A DNA stretch of 64,000 nt from NCBI GenBank assembly GCA_964016885.1, contig OZ024740.1, positions 395,994,001-396,058,000 on the forward strand. The letters run 5' to 3'. The position numbers and the translations under genes are program-made. This DNA comes from Eledone cirrhosa (lineage: Eukaryota). Under the pieces are notes generated by a model. The model saw nothing but the letters and a program-made list of their open reading frames with translations, searched no databases and had not been told where the DNA came from. Each line of letters opens with the position of its first letter. Positions within the stretch are counted from its first letter, which is position 1. Below are positions 38,943 to 51,679 of the stretch, one piece after another.

Positions 38943-41900
38943 GTGCACAGGGTGAAACTAAGCATCTCTCCATCTTCCTCTCTCAGTAGATGACTGCCTC
39001 CCTCAGCAAGCAACATGAGCAAGGTGTGATCATTTGACTTGTCAAATCTCAGAACATACTAACCCATCTAAATCATGCCAGCATGGAAAATAGACGTTAA
39101 ACATTGATGAAGATGCTGATGTCATATGTATATTTGAAAAAGGCAGTTTATTGAAGTGAGACTCTCAACATCATTGAAAAATCAATTAACTACCTCTGAA
39201 GATACGATGTATCAAAATATTTTAAAAAAAATAATACAAAAAATTATTACCATCTCTCCAAACTATATTTTCTGTTTAATAATGAAGTAAATGTAAATAA
39301 ATTAAGGTTGGTAGTAGTCTGTTGAAAACTTTCACTTTGCCTCCCTAAAACAATAACAAGGACTCAAGCTATGTTTACTTGCAGGATTTTTGTGGTAGAC
39401 ACATTGAATTTTTCATTTTGGAATGAAGATACTAAGAATATATATACAATAACTTACAGGGATAAACCTTACACAGGTTATTGGTCATTGTGTGCTGCAA
39501 TCAATCGGGCTTTAGATGTGAGTAGGTTTTTACTTCCTGGTTTGGAGTTCAATCCATGCTAAGATTCACAGAATGATTGACTAATTTTTTTTTGTTTTGA
39601 GGTCGTAAGCACTTGAAAGATTATGGTGACCCTTCCCCTCAAATATATAAAGTCTGCAAAAGATGCTTGCAATGGTGTGAGATCCCCTAAAATCAATCAA
39701 TTACTGGGCAGTGCATTAGGCTTACTCTCCACTAGATGAGGTTAGTGCTCTTAATATCAGTGATTTGAAGAAAAATAAATAGATAAGCTGTTTTTAAGAA
39801 GAATTTAATTAAGAAGCATTTAATACAGTATTTATATATCCTTTATATATTACTGTTAACAGTTTTCTTTCATCTTAGTCAAAGTAGTCTTCTCATATAC
39901 CCTAAGCCATAACATAATGTTTATTTCATTAAATATTTGTCCTTTACTACATTTGTTTCCCAAAGCTGTCATTAGTACTTTGCTCTACTTTAAGAACATT
40001 TCTCTATAATTGCAGTGGCTATTATTATTTCTTGTTCTGGAATATTATCTTTTTCACTACAGCCTCCTATAAATTTATATTCTCTTTTAAAATAACATTT
40101 GTATAATTACTGTTTTCTATGGTGATTACATTTAGAAATATTTCTTAATTAGTAACTCCCTAGTATTTACAGTTAACTTTAGCTTTTTTTATAAATATAA
40201 TTTCTCTCTTCAGAATGGTATCCCTATAACAACACCTGCTTATTGTGCAAGTATTTCCGAATCTCAGTTCACTGATATATTTAAGTCTGATTCCAACCAA
40301 GATATACCAATGTTTTCAGAAAGGCTACAAGTTTTGAAACAAACCTGCAAGATTATTATGAAGGTTTGTTGCAATGTTGTTAAACTTTTACAATTCACAT
40401 CTGTTACACACTGCCTACAGACTATTTAAGTACATTTAAGACTATTTAAGCCATTTGTTGAGTAATTTTTAATTAAAAATAAAATGACAAGCCTATAACT
40501 TGTTAGGCTTCATTCATAAATTACATAAAGTGGACAGAAATTAAGGGATAAAATTTGTTTTGCATTTATGAAATCACCACTTTCTTTCATTATCAAGTTG
40601 AGAATAACTCATGACTTTTGCTGTCTCACCTAGATTGGTGTGGGCAGTACGATTGTAGAGTGATACCTGTAAGGAAAATGTAAGTAGAGAAGGAGTTTCA
40701 GAGGGATCCAGTTCTTAGAAGAAGGGTTGGGAAAAGTATTTAGTGTAGGGTTTGTGAAGTGGAAAACAGTAAGGTTAATGAGAAGAAGATAGATAAGTTC
40801 AATGGGTAGGCTTGAGTAGAAGAGGAATACAGCTTACTAATTCATAATAGCACATGCTGATGTAGTGACAGTAGAAGAGACAGTGAGAAGAAATAGCATG
40901 TCTGTGATAATTATAGAATGCTGGGATGTGAATGTTTATGTATCAGCTGGATGATTGTGTATGAAGTAACAACAATATTAGAGCAGTACTCTAATGTGAC
41001 TCACACTTGAGCTTTGTTGATGGTCAGCAAATGATCAGAACTGAAATATTTTCTGGCTGTTTAGGATACAGTTTTGGTAATGTTATGTATATGTGGTCCC
41101 AATCATCTATTATGAAGTTTAACATTTATTGTCAGAAATCTTTACTGGCAAACATTAAACTGCTGCATGAAAACTCAAAATCTCGTAGATTCGATATTAT
41201 GTGAGATAATTATGTGAAATAAGGTGTTTACCATAAAAATACAATAGTAAATATAGAGTAATGTAAATGCTAAAGGATTAATAATACAGGGAATTTTAAT
41301 TAAAATTACGTCATTAGTAATGAGAACCATCATTATTTATTTGGGGGATTGGCAGTATCGATAAAGGGTTGGACACCATGCTTTGCAGCATAGAGTTACG
41401 GCCCTTTTGTGGTCTGAGTTCAAATCCCGCCGAGGTTAACTTTACCTTTCATCCTTACGGGGTCGATAAAATAAAGAACCAGTAATACACTGGGATAATT
41501 GCTGGTCTTGTGCCAAAAGTAGAAACAATTATTTATTTGACTAATTCTAGTCAATGAAAAGTCATGGGAGATAACTCACAAATATTGATTGATTAAAATT
41601 ATTTAAATATGGAATATAAATTTGACTTTTAGTAATGTAGTGACTAATCAGGACATGTTCTAGTCTTATTAAACCTAATCAGCAAAGCATAATTTAAATG
41701 TAACTGTTAGATTTTGGAATGACTAGAGAAATATATATATATATATTTTTTTTTGTGAATGAGCACTGAGTGGTATGATAAATCTACAGGTACTGTAAAA
41801 CATACTATTAATAGATAGTTATTAGGGAGCATGCGCAACAATTTTATAAGAGGGTTTTGTTCTAACCGGGTATATTTCTTGTGAATATTTTTTGTTCATA

Positions 41901-44900
41901 TTTCTTGTTCAGCTGGGAATGGCGTGAAGATGGAAAATCTAAAAACATTTTGTGAACTAGGAGGCTTGTTGAATGGAGAAATATTTAGAGTGAGATATGC
42001 ATGGAAAAAGTTCCAGGAACTAAGCAGTGGGGTGATTAAAACTGAAGGGAAAATGTATGCTGCATGTGTGAGGAGTGCCATGATTTATCAAGCAAGACAT
42101 GGGTGATAAACGTGGAGCAGCATAGATAGCTAGAAAGAACAGAAAAAAGGTGAAGTATCACTCAGAGATGAAGACAAACAACAAATTGAAAACAACGGAT
42201 TGAGCTAGTAATAAATTTTGAAAATATAAATGGAATGAGATGGTTGGGTTGTCTTGAGGATGGATGAAAGCGACTGGATGAGAGGAGTGATAGAAAATTA
42301 ATGTGGAAAGAAATAAGAGAGAAGACCAACAAAAACATGGCTAAGAATGATGGAGGAAGAAATGAAGCTTCAGGGTTGGTAAAGAGGGATGCAGATGATA
42401 GGGCAAAATGGAAAAGTTTGTCATGGGACCTTCAAAACTAAACCCTGCTTTATCAGGGAAAATGGCCTTAAAACTTGTTCTTGTTGCATTTCTTGGCTTT
42501 TACATTTCTCTAAACAGAATTATCAAGGCAGTTTTGTCAACTGTATCAAAGAATGTGATAACAGTGCTGAAAATCTGTTACAACTTGTTGTCAACAACTT
42601 CCCATCTTATAGGGACGAAGCCACTTATGGTTCAAAACAAGGTATTTATTAGAATTCTTGTTTTATTTGAAACATTTTACTCTAGAATAATATGAGTTAT
42701 TTAATCTATTAACATTGTCTCTTGACTAGCATAATTTATAATTGTCTTGTCATCAAATGTCAATATAATGTTACTATCAAATCATATATGACTTACTGCT
42801 GATCTAGTAAATGAAATAACTACAATATTTTAGGGGAGAAAACATTGTTATCTTTATGAAGCTTATAGAAGGGAGGATTTAAATACAATATTGCAAGCTC
42901 ACAAAAATACAGATTTACAGTGTTTACATCAACAAACTGTTCCTGTCTTAAGATGACTAATTACACTGAAACAATAATGCTTAAGTATTTGATCATAGAC
43001 ACTGGGCAGTGCTGGTGACAAAATATGAAATATCAGTTTTTTGGCTAGTAAGTAGTGTCTGATACTATAATGTCTTGACTAGATCTAGAACCTATATGCA
43101 GCATGGAAGATGGACGTTAAACGATGATGATGATGATGATGATTATATAACCATATATATATATATTTATGCTGATGCTATCTTCCATACACATCACATG
43201 CCCATACCAGCACAGTCTTCTCTCTTGCACACTACATCCAATTTCTCTCTCTCTCTCTCTCTTTACAATATATATACATTGTAAAGTAGTTGTCATTATG
43301 AAGAGCATCCAGCCATAAACACAAGCCATGAGCAAGATGCAATTACTTGACTTGTGTGGCTTCACTACATGACAACAACCCATACAAGCATGGATAATAG
43401 AAATTAAACAGTGATGATGATTATGATGATATACAATTCCTTTGGTTGTAATTGATCTTGGGGTCTGTTATTGTAAACTACCGAGTTTACAATGGTTTAC
43501 AATGGTTTTCTAGACAATTCTAACAAATAACATTTAATGTTGTTGCAATATTTCATCTCAAACATAGAAAAGTGTTCTGTTGATTTTATTATTAAATCCA
43601 TAGCATTTTCTATTGCAGCTTGCATAGTAACACTAGCTTCAATTTCATTAGAAAGCAGCTTTCAGAATTAATGGGATGATATTGATTCAACTTTTGCTAG
43701 CAAGGAAAATAGACATTTAATGATGATGATATTTATCATGTATACTTGAATATAAGCAGACCCCTATTTTATATCTGGGAAATGACCAAAAATCCAAACC
43801 CCATGTATAAATTGAGGCAGCTAATCAACACATCATGTTTAGATGGTGCAATTTTAAAATTTTCACGAGTGGAGAATATATTTATGAAGCTTTGATATTT
43901 TGATATTTAAAATGTTTTAAGTGTCATTTAGAGTATAGTTTTTATTTTCACAACTTCATAATGATTTTTGACCAATTTCTTACTGTTTTGAAGGCCATAT
44001 TCATTCAAAACACATACAAAAATAATAAGAAAAACAAATTCCTCTTCTAAAGTGAAACCGATGTAATATTCACCTCCAAAGCGAAAATATTTTAGCAGCT
44101 CATTTAAATAGAAAATCAGCAAAATATTGACCTTGAATATAACTACACCCACCCCACACCATTTTACCATTGATTTTCTTTTTTTTTTTTGTTACATATT
44201 TCTTGGCTTATATACAAGTATATACAGTATGTAGAGGAGAATCATATGTAAAAGTCAGATGATCAGAAATACTCATTTAATATTAAAATATATGATTGAT
44301 AAGTCACAATATGGTTATTTTATAAATCTGTATTAAATTATTGTCATTTACTTTGTACAAATATATAATATATTGCCATCAGTTGCTTTTTCCAAATATA
44401 TACAATATTGGTATGAGTTGTTTCATCCAAATCTATGTTATATTGTTATTAAAGGCCTTATACACACCTAAACTACATTAACATTAGTTGCCTTATACTA
44501 ATATATATTGTTATTAGTTGCATTATACTAATATATATTATATTATCATTTATTGCCTTATATTAATAGATATATTGCCTTGAGTTGCTTTATACTAATC
44601 TATACTATATTGTCATTAGTTGACTTATCCTAATATCTATTAATAGTTGCTTTATACAACTCTGTATTGTATTGCCCTCAGTTGCCTTTTACAAAAGAGC
44701 ACAGATTCTCATAGCGGACATATGGGCCTGTTTTGAAGGTCAAAGTTTGGGTCTCTTTTACGATATAGAAAATCTCACTATCTTTGCAGATTACAGGTAA
44801 GATATTTGTCTCCTGCAGTCTTATTCAAAACAATACCTAAATTTAAATTTGATTATATAAGAAGAAATTTTAATGACTATATATTTTAAATTCATTACTC

Positions 44901-47774
44901 TAATAAATTGAGAAGTATAGACAACTGGGAGAAGATAGTGTAATTAAAGTTCAATTTGAATTATAACTGGCTGAGCCAGAGTTCAGATGTGTTTTAGAAA
45001 TGAACAAATCAATTCCTATTAAAAAATACTTCATTCCATAGAAAAGGAAATCATTGTTGTAATTGTTTTAGTTTGTTTTTTAATTATATTTAATAATTTA
45101 TTCTTGCTATAACTTGATTGATCTATTCTAAATATCGCTTCAATATTTATCCAGTGTTTTTAACTAATGATCTTGAAAAATGATGCATAAAACATTATTA
45201 TTGAAGAATATGGAATGAGAAAGACTCAGATTTCCAAAAGAACTAAAACTTTATCTTTACTAACTGAGAATATTTCTTGTACTAAAACCTAAGGTTTTAT
45301 GCTTTTAATATTTTGTATACTCCTTTAAAGAAAATACATTGTAGTATATAGTTATGACCTTTTACATTCTGATTGTGTATCCCACTGTGGTCAGCTTCAC
45401 CTTTCATCTCCTGGAATTGATAAAATAAGTACCAGTCAAGTACTGGGGTAGATATAATTGATTTTATCCATCACTAAAATTTGAAACCTTCTAAATAACG
45501 AACAGAGCAGTAGCTGCATAATTTGTTTCATGATCATCATTAAGTAGTGTAGGGCTAAAAACTTATATAACTTATGATTCTCCCTTCATTAATAACATTG
45601 CTTTACTTTGTTTCAATCATTCTTAATTTTGTGGGAATAAAATCTAGAAATTCTTATCATTTGTTATTATTTGTTTAATTTTCCAAAGAATAATAGATTT
45701 CAAAGAATATATATACTTTTTTTTTTTTTGTAGAATACCTCAGATACTTGCCTATCATGGTGTACTAAAATATTCTGACAGTTTGATGAAAATCTTAGAA
45801 GATGGTAAGATTTTTTTTTTTAATTGGCATATGCATCATTCATTTTACTTTGTTGTTGATTTTAGGTCTGAAATAAGTTATCTGAGATTCATAAAAAAGA
45901 ATAATTTTCAAATATTGTAAATATTATTTCAGCTTTAAATATTTTCTAACATATAATCATATAATAGAGATAAGCTCAGAGCAATTCAAATTTGTGATCC
46001 ATTTTTAATTTAATAATAATAATAATGAAATATTGTGTAGTGCTCAGGTGCACTACAACTCATCAAAACGTGTATGTATAGTACATAGGGTAATGTACAA
46101 ACGTCAGGAAAATGAACAGTGCATGAGTCATGATATACACGTGTGCATGTGCATGGAAGGGATACATCAGGTGTAGTTTTGAGTATTTCGGGAAGCATGA
46201 GTGTTTTAAAGGATGCAGTGTCTCGGCAGCTAACAACTGCCGCAGGCAGTTTGTTCGTTTCTTGTAAAGATTTCACTTTTGTCACCAATGCCATTGATAA
46301 AAAATATCTGAACCTCAGAATCCCATTTTCCATCCTATGTATAGCTAAGGCTTTGTGTTCAGATAAGAAAACAGTGTTTACCAAATAAATATAACTTGTA
46401 TGGTTTTGTAAATGAAAATATATAACATTTCTTTTGCAATATATATAATGGTAAGGGAAATTGGGAAGTACAGCTAGCTAAGTTAGTAGGGTGTTGGTGT
46501 CTAACTAGAATAACTATTATGAAGAAGCACCATTCATGGCTGCTTGAAGTAACGTTACATTATGTTACATATATGTATTTCCTTAGCTTGAAGTATTGTG
46601 TTTATCTCCCTACCTATGCAAATGTCTAACATCCTACTCCAGTGCAGTGATGCTTCACAACTGTTTAACAGCTAAGGCAACTTCCAATAATACCAATACA
46701 TAAAGATGAAAAATGAATTGATATATTTGGTTGACTAATAAGTAGAGTGGACTGTCTTGCTTAAGGGTACAATACAATGCACCACTTAGCTTCCATGTAA
46801 AATACCATTCTATACTCAATGTTACAAAATATAAATTGATAACTGATATTAAAATATAATATGAATTGATAACTAATATTCACTATGTCACTAGTTAGCA
46901 ATTCATACTACATGGCAACAAATATATGAAGGAAGAAGTTTAGGATTCTTGGAATATGACATAGCTGGAGTCAAATTATTCTGTCTTCATTGGTCAGCTG
47001 AACACAAAATATACATCAAATTAGCATTTGGTGGGACCCTGATGAATTTAGATCAATCAAAAGCTTTTGATAGGCTTGACCATCTATCTGATCTCCCACA
47101 ATGCCATTGCCATGACAAAAAAAACACTAAGTCCACCCTGTATGCTGATCTGGTGCCACAACAATAAAAGCTCCCAATCCACACTGTAAGGTGGTCATGG
47201 TGGTGACACGACAAAGAGCATCACTTCCATCATGTAAGGTGGTTGTGCTGGTGACATCACAAAAAAGCACCCAGTCCACCCTGTTAGCTGGTCAGATTGG
47301 TGTCATTATAAAAAGCTTCTAGTCCACATTTTAACATAGTTGACATTAGGAAGGACATTCAGCTGTAGAAACCAAGCCAAAATACAGATCCATATGAGCA
47401 AGACATAGTCTCCAGGCCTAACTTGTCTGATAGCATAACAACCCATCTAATGCATGCAAGTGTGAAAAAATAGACATTAAATGATGATGTTCTAAGTTCA
47501 AATCCTACCAGAGTAAACGATGCTTCTTACACTTTTAAATAAAGTACTAGTGAAATACAGAGATAGATGTAATTAACTAACCCCTCTCCCCCAATTTGTG
47601 AACTTGCACACATGTTAGAAATATTTTTTTATTTTTTTAAAATCTGTTTTCCAGATGTTCTTATGAAGAATGGAGATAGACACGAAGTAGAGATCCGAGG
47701 TTGTTCAATCTGGTCTATTGAGGTAATTTCTGTTCAGTTTCATCATTTATTATTTTTTTAAACTGAGTTTGTGT

Positions 47775-47807
<33 letters not shown>

Positions 47808-50800
47808 GTTATCGAAGCCATAGGAATCATATTCATTATGGCCCCAGCTGCTCTCATTATGCACTCAATGAGACAAGATTTAAACATGGGAACATGCCAA
47901 AACTGTAACCAGAGTGTACACTATACATTATTCATAATGAGGGCGGCTGCATATAGCTATCATCATTGTTTAACATCCATTTTCCACTTCACGCTAGCAT
48001 GGGTTAGACTAGTATATATATATATATATCATCATCATCATCATCACCATTTTACGTCCGTTCTTCCACGCTAGCATGGGTTAGACGGGTTGTCCTGTTG
48101 TGGGCAGTGTCTGGTCGGCTGACCATGCCTTGCTCATACAGGAACTGATCTGGCTTGATTTCTACAGCTGGATGCCCTTCCTAACACCAACCTCATTTAC
48201 AGTGAGTGCTGGGTGCTTTTTCGTGGCGCCTACACGTCCACTTTACAGTGTGGGCTGGGTGCTTTTTTGCCGTGGCACCTCCACGACCACCTTGCGGTGG
48301 GGTGGGGGGGGGGGCATATTGTTTATATGCTTCAGCATGTACCCATGGGAGGTCGGGTACCCTGTATTACTGCGTGACGCCAGAAGTCACGGTCGTGTGT
48401 CATTGACTTTGAGAGGTGTAGTTGGGTAAGGTCGGCTTTTATCACCTCATCCCAAGTCATCTTGGGTCTCCCCACTCCGCGGTTTCCATCAACTTCTAGT
48501 GCTCTGCACCTTTTTATGCAGCTGTCATCCTTCATACGCATCACATGTCCATACCAGCATAACCGCCTCTCCTGCACGCAGCATTTGATTCCTCTTATGC
48601 TCAGTCTCTCTCTCAATTCCTTTATGCTTTGTCGTTCACGTATATTACTGTTACACATCCATCGGAGCATGCAGGCTTCGTTTCTCTCTAATCTACGTAA
48701 GTCTTCCACCTTCAGCGCCCAGGTCTCACTACCATGCAACATCGCTGTTCGGATACACGCATCATACAGTCTGCCTTTCATTCTGAGGGAGAAGCCTTTT
48801 GCAGCTAGCAGTGGTAGTAGTTCCCTAAACTTCTTCCATCCCGTTCTTACCCTAGTTATTGTACTTTCTGAGCACCCACCTCCGTTGCTAATTCGGTCAC
48901 CTAGGTAGCAGAAGCTGTCTACTGTTTCTACAGGGCCCTCCCAGAGATTGGTGGTACTTGTTTCCTGTGGCTGTTTGCTTGCTGTTTCAGCACAGCTGCT
49001 GCATATGAATCCTACATTCTTAATTAAGCTTCCTGAGATCCCGCTACATCTCTTGTGTACCCATTGTTTGCATTTGGGGCAGAGAATGGAGTTCCTACCT
49101 ACACCTTTCCTACATACTGAGCAAGGCCATTTCCCTGAGGGGATCTGGGTTCTGTTTTCTCGTCTACTTATAAGGACCTTAGTCTTTGTCATGTTGACTT
49201 TGAGGCCCTTTCTCTCTAGTCCCTGCTTCCAGGTTTGGAATTTATTCTCTAGTTCTACCATAGATTCAGCTATGAGTGCGAGGTCATCAGCATACAGGAG
49301 TTCCCATGGGCATCCGGTCTTAAACTCCTCCGTTATTGCCTGCAGGACTATGATGAACAGGAGAGGGCTAAGAACAGAGCCCTGGTGGACCCCAACCTGT
49401 ACGCTAAATTCCTCGCTATACTCATTGCCAATCCTAACTTTGCTGACTGCTCCCCTATACATGGCTTGTACCGCTTTCACAAGCCATTCATCTACTCCTA
49501 GTTTTCTAAGAGCCCACCAGATTACTGCACGTGGAACTCTGTCAAAGGCTTTCTCAAGGTCGACAAATGCCAAGTAGAGTGGCTTACTTTTAGCTAGGTA
49601 CTTTTCCTGTAATTGCCTCACAAGGAAGAGGGCATCAGTGGTGCCTTTCCCTGGTACAAACCCAAATTGCATCTCGTCTATATTCACCCGGTCCCTAATC
49701 AGCTGTGCTATAACTCTTTCTGTTACTTTCATGACCTGGTCCATCAACTTTATACCTCTATAGTTTCCTCTATCTAGTGCATCGCCTTTACCTTTGTAGC
49801 AGTTGACAATGATGCTACTGCACCAATCTTTTGGTATGGCCCCCTCTAGTATTACCTGGTTAACGATACGTGTGGTTATAGTGTGACCTACAGACCCAGA
49901 TGCCTTCAGCATCTCGGCAGCTATAGCTGATGGACCGGTTGCCTTCCCTATCTTCATATCTCTGATTGCCTTACTTACTACGCTGCCGCTGACTTGTACT
50001 GCTGGTCCCTCTATAGGGTCTACGTGGGGTAGGGTCTCTTCTTCCCATGCATTCTCCTCATTTAGTAATCTATCATAATGACTCTTCCATGCATCTTTCT
50101 TCTCAGCACTTGTGAGGGCAAGCTCACCTTTATCATTCCGGATACACTTCTCTCCAATGATATCACAACTATCTCTGACACACTGCTTCGCAATCTTGAA
50201 TACCTCCTGTTTCTGGTCCTCACGTTGTAAAACATGCTTGAATTTTCTATCCTCTGCTTCCCTCCTAGCTAAGTATACTTGTCGCCTAGCTTCCCTCTTG
50301 GTCTCTATGTAATGTACCCTGCTCCCCCCGTTCTTCCATTCTTTCCATGCCTGTCTCTTGGCCTTGACTGCTTCATCTACCTTATTGTTCCACCACCAAG
50401 TCACTCTCCTCCTGCTTGAGGTCTTACTCCAGCCACAAACCTCATCCGTCGCCTCTAGTAAGTTATTTTTTAGGAACTCCCAGTTCTCTTCTACGTTAAA
50501 TGTCTCTATCTGTTCTTCTTTACTGTCGTAGGCGTTGAGTAAAATATCTTTAAATCTGTTACTGGTTGAGAGGACTTTCAGCTTCCAGATCTTTCTTCTC
50601 CAGGTTGGCCTATGTTTCAGGGCTCGTCTAGTTCTGACCGTGAGGTCGCTGACAACTAAGCTATGTTGGGATGTACATTCCTCACTAGGGAAGGCTTTTG
50701 TGTTTACGACCGTCCATCTGTCACGTCCTCTGATGAGGATAAAATCTAACTGACTAGAGTGCTCCCCTGATCTATAGGTGATCAGGTGGTTGTCGGGTTT

Positions 50801-51628
50801 TTTAAAGTTTGTGTTACATATCGACATGTCATTGGCGTCGCAGAATTCTAGAAGTCTGAATCCTTCCTCATTCCTTGTGCCAACTCCATGGCCTCCATGT
50901 ACTCTATTGAAGCCGTCGCAGTGTTTACCTACGTGTCCGTTAAAATCTCCTGCAATGATTAGGAAGTCCTTGTCGTCTGTTAGAGCAGTAGTGTGTATTA
51001 GGGACTCGTAAAACCTATCCTTAAGTTCGTCTGGCAGCCCCGATTGGGGTGCGTAAGCTGATATTATTGTGGTAATTGTCTTATTCAGGACTAGTCTGAG
51101 TTTAATGATTCTTGCATTTACCCTGTACACTGAGATTACTTTATCTACCCACTTGTCAGCTAATAGTATACCTACACCACCCATCCCATCGTCATTTCCC
51201 ACCCAGAAAAATTTGTAGCACTGGCTTTTTCCTACAAGGACTCTAGCAGACCCTCCTCTCCATCTAGTCTCTTGCACACAGCATACATCAACTTCCTTTC
51301 GCTCTAGCATTTCTACGATTTCTCCTGCTCTTCCTTTCATTGAGCCTACATTGATGGTACCAACTCGGAGTTTTGGGCATTTGTCGACACTCGTAGGGGA
51401 GGGTCTCTGGGTTGGCGCTTCACGTGGGTGCTTGGTAGCTCGCAGATTCATATTTCATCTATTGATTCAGAGTTGCTCGTGTATTCCCAGCTCATCCATC
51501 CATAACGGTGGGAAAATTGAGGGCTAGAAGAACAGTGGTGGTGGGGTAATGGCAGGGTGTGTTGGGATGCGCCAGAGGAGGAGAGAGTTAGTTAGGCAGG
51601 TAGTAGCAGCAGCAGTGGAAATGGCATG

Positions 51629-51679
<51 letters not shown>

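Noticed and set aside
46010-46388. 124-aa and 81-aa ORFs in QNG1 intron 7
   Set aside because: No recognisable homology, splice signals or terminal repeats.
48462-51011. Plus-strand ORFs overlapping the RTE
   Set aside because: Antisense shadows of the RTE ORF with no independent motifs.
51452-51625. HDV-like ribozyme in the RTE 5' leader
   Set aside because: Known from some RTE elements, but I could not build the nested double pseudoknot by eye; a covariance-model search would be needed.
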